The notes under the pieces were generated by a model that was not told where the DNA came from, did not search any database, and worked only from the letters and a program-made list of their open reading frames with translations. Shown here piece by piece: positions 47,364-49,156 of a stretch of 49,156 bases of DNA; position 1 is the stretch's first letter, and each line of letters starts with the position of its first letter. The DNA is from Nitrospinota bacterium. GTDB taxonomy: Bacteria > Nitrospinota > Nitrospinia > Nitrospinales > VA-1. The DNA lies in contig JACNKA010000104.1 in the NCBI GenBank assembly GCA_014382285.1, positions 1-49,156 on the forward strand, in the 5' to 3' direction. Both the position numbers and the translations under genes were made by a program.

Positions 47364-48680
47364 TCAGGCACGTTGCAGGTTTTCAGGAGCCGTATTCTGT
47401 TTCAGCAGTTCACATTTTTGTTTATACCAGTGGTATGCGAGTTCCACTTCCTTTAAACCTGCGTTAGGCGAGGTGTATTGTTTGTCCTTGTCAAAGGGCA
47501 CATGACCCATCTTGAGCGTTTCATAAATCGAGTTGAGGTAGGAAGGGAAATCCCGATACATGGGGATTTCTGTTTGCAGCTCAGGCATGCCTTCTTCACG
47601 AAACCGGGTCAAAGATTTTCCAAATGGGTGGATGATTTCCAGCCCTTCCGGGCCATGAATTTTTTCTGCATAATGAGTGAGGGACTCGAAATCTTCCCAA
47701 TCTTCCAAAGCATCGATATCGGAAACGAAAGCCGGGTCGTCATGCACCGTGGTGGTCATGGGAGTGTTGAGCAAGTGAGAGGCCCCTTTGTGAAAAATTT
47801 TCCGGGACATACCAAATTGATACTGGTCACCGGATCTGAGGCGGTTCACTTTTGGTTGGAACGTTAATAGATGCTCTATGAAATAAGGAAAAACCTTGAG
47901 TAAGCGTAAAGGTTTTTGCAAGGCGGTTTGGATGCCCGCGTGGATTATTTGCCCGTCTTTGCGTGAAGAATGCAGTTGGTCAATGATATCCGAATCCATC
48001 ATGGCAAAATTAATGGGATACAAATTAGGTTCTTTAAGATCCAGCAGGCCGTCTTCATGGTCGCTGAGAGTGCGGTAATGGTAATTGCGTTTGACGAACT
48101 CACTGGCTGGGTTTTTTTCAAACTCCGGAAACATTTGTTGCCGGGAGTTCAGCCAGAGCACCATGTTGTATTTTTTGTTATCGGGCCAATGCAATACTTT
48201 TTCCAGATCATAAAGGAAAGGCAGGTCGCCGGGCTGAAAGAGAACCAACTCATCGCGAGCAGGGGAAAGTAACTCCCGGCCCAGGTTCATGGTGTTGACC
48301 AGATTGAGGTGTTGGGCATCTTCCAGAACAAACTGAACGGTTTTCCCGCAGGTGCCAACAATATCGAGAAAGCGGTCCATGACCTTTTTGACTTCCTCGG
48401 AACCGACCACGACGATTTCGCGCAAACTGGAGTTCAACAGGTTCCCCAGCGCGTAACACATGATGGGAACCCCTCGGATCAAAAAAAGAAATTTTAGTCG
48501 ATCAATGTCATCATCATCGGCCCTTAAAATCAGATGGCTGATGCCATTTTTCCCGGTAGCGATTTCACGTTCTGCCTTGGAAAGGCTCAAAGCATCCGCT
48601 TCTTTGCGGGCGGAATATTTGTTGTGGCTGAAGCTGATGATGCACTTTTCGATAGCAGTTTTGTTGTTCACAACGATCAT
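47364..48680 (-). CDS. Hypothetical protein with a nucleotidyltransferase-like (GT-A/NTP_transf) region
   Basis: KFLFLIRGVPIMCYALGNL…EIVVVG, PGDLP and DID motifs resemble MobA/IspD-like folds; no canonical GxGxR loop. Confidence 0.6.
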   Translation of the reverse strand: MIVVNNKTAIEKCIISFSHNKYSARKEADALSLSKAEREIATGKNGISHLILRADDDDIDRLKFLFLIRGVPIMCYALGNLLNSSLREIVVVGSEEVKKVMDRFLDIVGTCGKTVQFVLEDAQHLNLVNTMNLGRELLSPARDELVLFQPGDLPFLYDLEKVLHWPDNKKYNMVLWLNSRQQMFPEFEKNPASEFVKRNYHYRTLSDHEDGLLDLKEPNLYPINFAMMDSDIIDQLHSSRKDGQIIHAGIQTALQKPLRLLKVFPYFIEHLLTFQPKVNRLRSGDQYQFGMSRKIFHKGASHLLNTPMTTTVHDDPAFVSDIDALEDWEDFESLTHYAEKIHGPEGLEIIHPFGKSLTRFREEGMPELQTEIPMYRDFPSYLNSIYETLKMGHVPFDKDKQYTSPNAGLKEVELAYHWYKQKCELLKQNTAPENLQRA

Positions 48681-48860
48681 AGATCCAGAAACTTATTGTT
48701 AGAGATTACTTTTCATTAAAGAGGGTCGAACCCTGTTTTTTGCCGACCTCTGCAGGAACACGGAAAAATTATGTGAGAGCTTTTCAGGGCAATGGCTAAT
48801 AGAAGTCCTATCCTAATATAATGAAAAGGTTTTCTCTACTAAACCTTTGAGAAAATTGAC

Positions 48861-48890
48861 TTGATTTATAAATTTTTTTGTTCATACAAT
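48861..48890 (+). promoter_or_regulatory. Possible sigma-70 promoter for the terminal gene
   Basis: TTGATT-N18-TACAAT in an AT-rich divergent intergenic region. Confidence 0.35.
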
Positions 48891-48922
48891 TGAGTGTTCT
48901 CAATAAAAATAAAGGAATAATC

Positions 48923-49156
48923 ATGGGAGACCAAACCCATATCATAGAGTTGATTGACCAGGTTTTAAATGAAACCGAGGATAAGCCCCAATTGCAGGAA
49001 AAGATCATCGATCTCAGGGATGCTCTATTCCAAGCCCAACAGTCGGCTCAGCAGTATGCGCTAAAAATTAAGACTCTGGAGGAAGCTATTGAAAAGCTGA
49101 AGTCTCCCGCCCATCGCATTGGCACGATTTTGGGTCAGGGAGAAGATGGCTTGGTG
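48923..49156 (+). CDS. Partial CDS, probable proteasome-associated AAA ATPase (ARC/Mpa-like) N-terminus
   Basis: Not in the ORF track. AAGGA RBS and an open frame to the window end: MGDQTHIIELIDQVLN…LKIKTLEEAIEKLKSPAHRIGTILGQGEDGLV, a coiled coil ending in the LxxP…G(T/Y) junction typical of ARC/PAN. Confidence 0.6.
   Translation, partial: MGDQTHIIELIDQVLNETEDKPQLQEKIIDLRDALFQAQQSAQQYALKIKTLEEAIEKLKSPAHRIGTILGQGEDGLV

Noticed and set aside
1-49156. CRISPR array, IS or transposase, prophage, rRNA
   Set aside because: No regularly spaced repeat-spacer array and no transposase, integrase, phage or rRNA sequence recognised; the repeats found are dispersed singletons.

Overview
A core-genome-like chromosomal window of about 40 genes, probably from a marine Nitrospinota (Nitrospina-like) bacterium. 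The taxonomy is inferred from gene content and protein style, not proven. Housekeeping genes include nadE, tRNA-Leu(TAG)-tig-clpP-clpX-lon, elbB, smc, pyrF, a DinG helicase, a TonB protein and a GlmM-like/GlmU-like pair. Accessory content includes a two-partner secretion (TpsB/TpsA) adhesin locus, a six-gene sugar-modification cluster with two radical SAM enzymes, a GGDEF-PilZ cyclase, an LRR protein, a carbamoyltransferase, an orphan phnE and a CheX. The window ends in the N-terminus of a probable proteasome (ARC/Mpa-type) ATPase. The most striking signals are regulatory. (i) The TPS locus has a sigma-54-type promoter, a near-consensus sigma-28 promoter pointing antisense into tpsB at the tpsB/tpsA junction, and one in-frame TAG splitting tpsA. 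(ii) Tandem NrdR-like boxes 32 bp apart lie upstream of smc. (iii) A Pho-box-like array with an 11-bp period precedes a hypothetical gene. (iv) Tandem sigma-28 promoters precede the cyclase. (v) Two families of dispersed intergenic repeats are present. No CRISPR array, IS or prophage was seen. All calls are by eye; no database searches were run.
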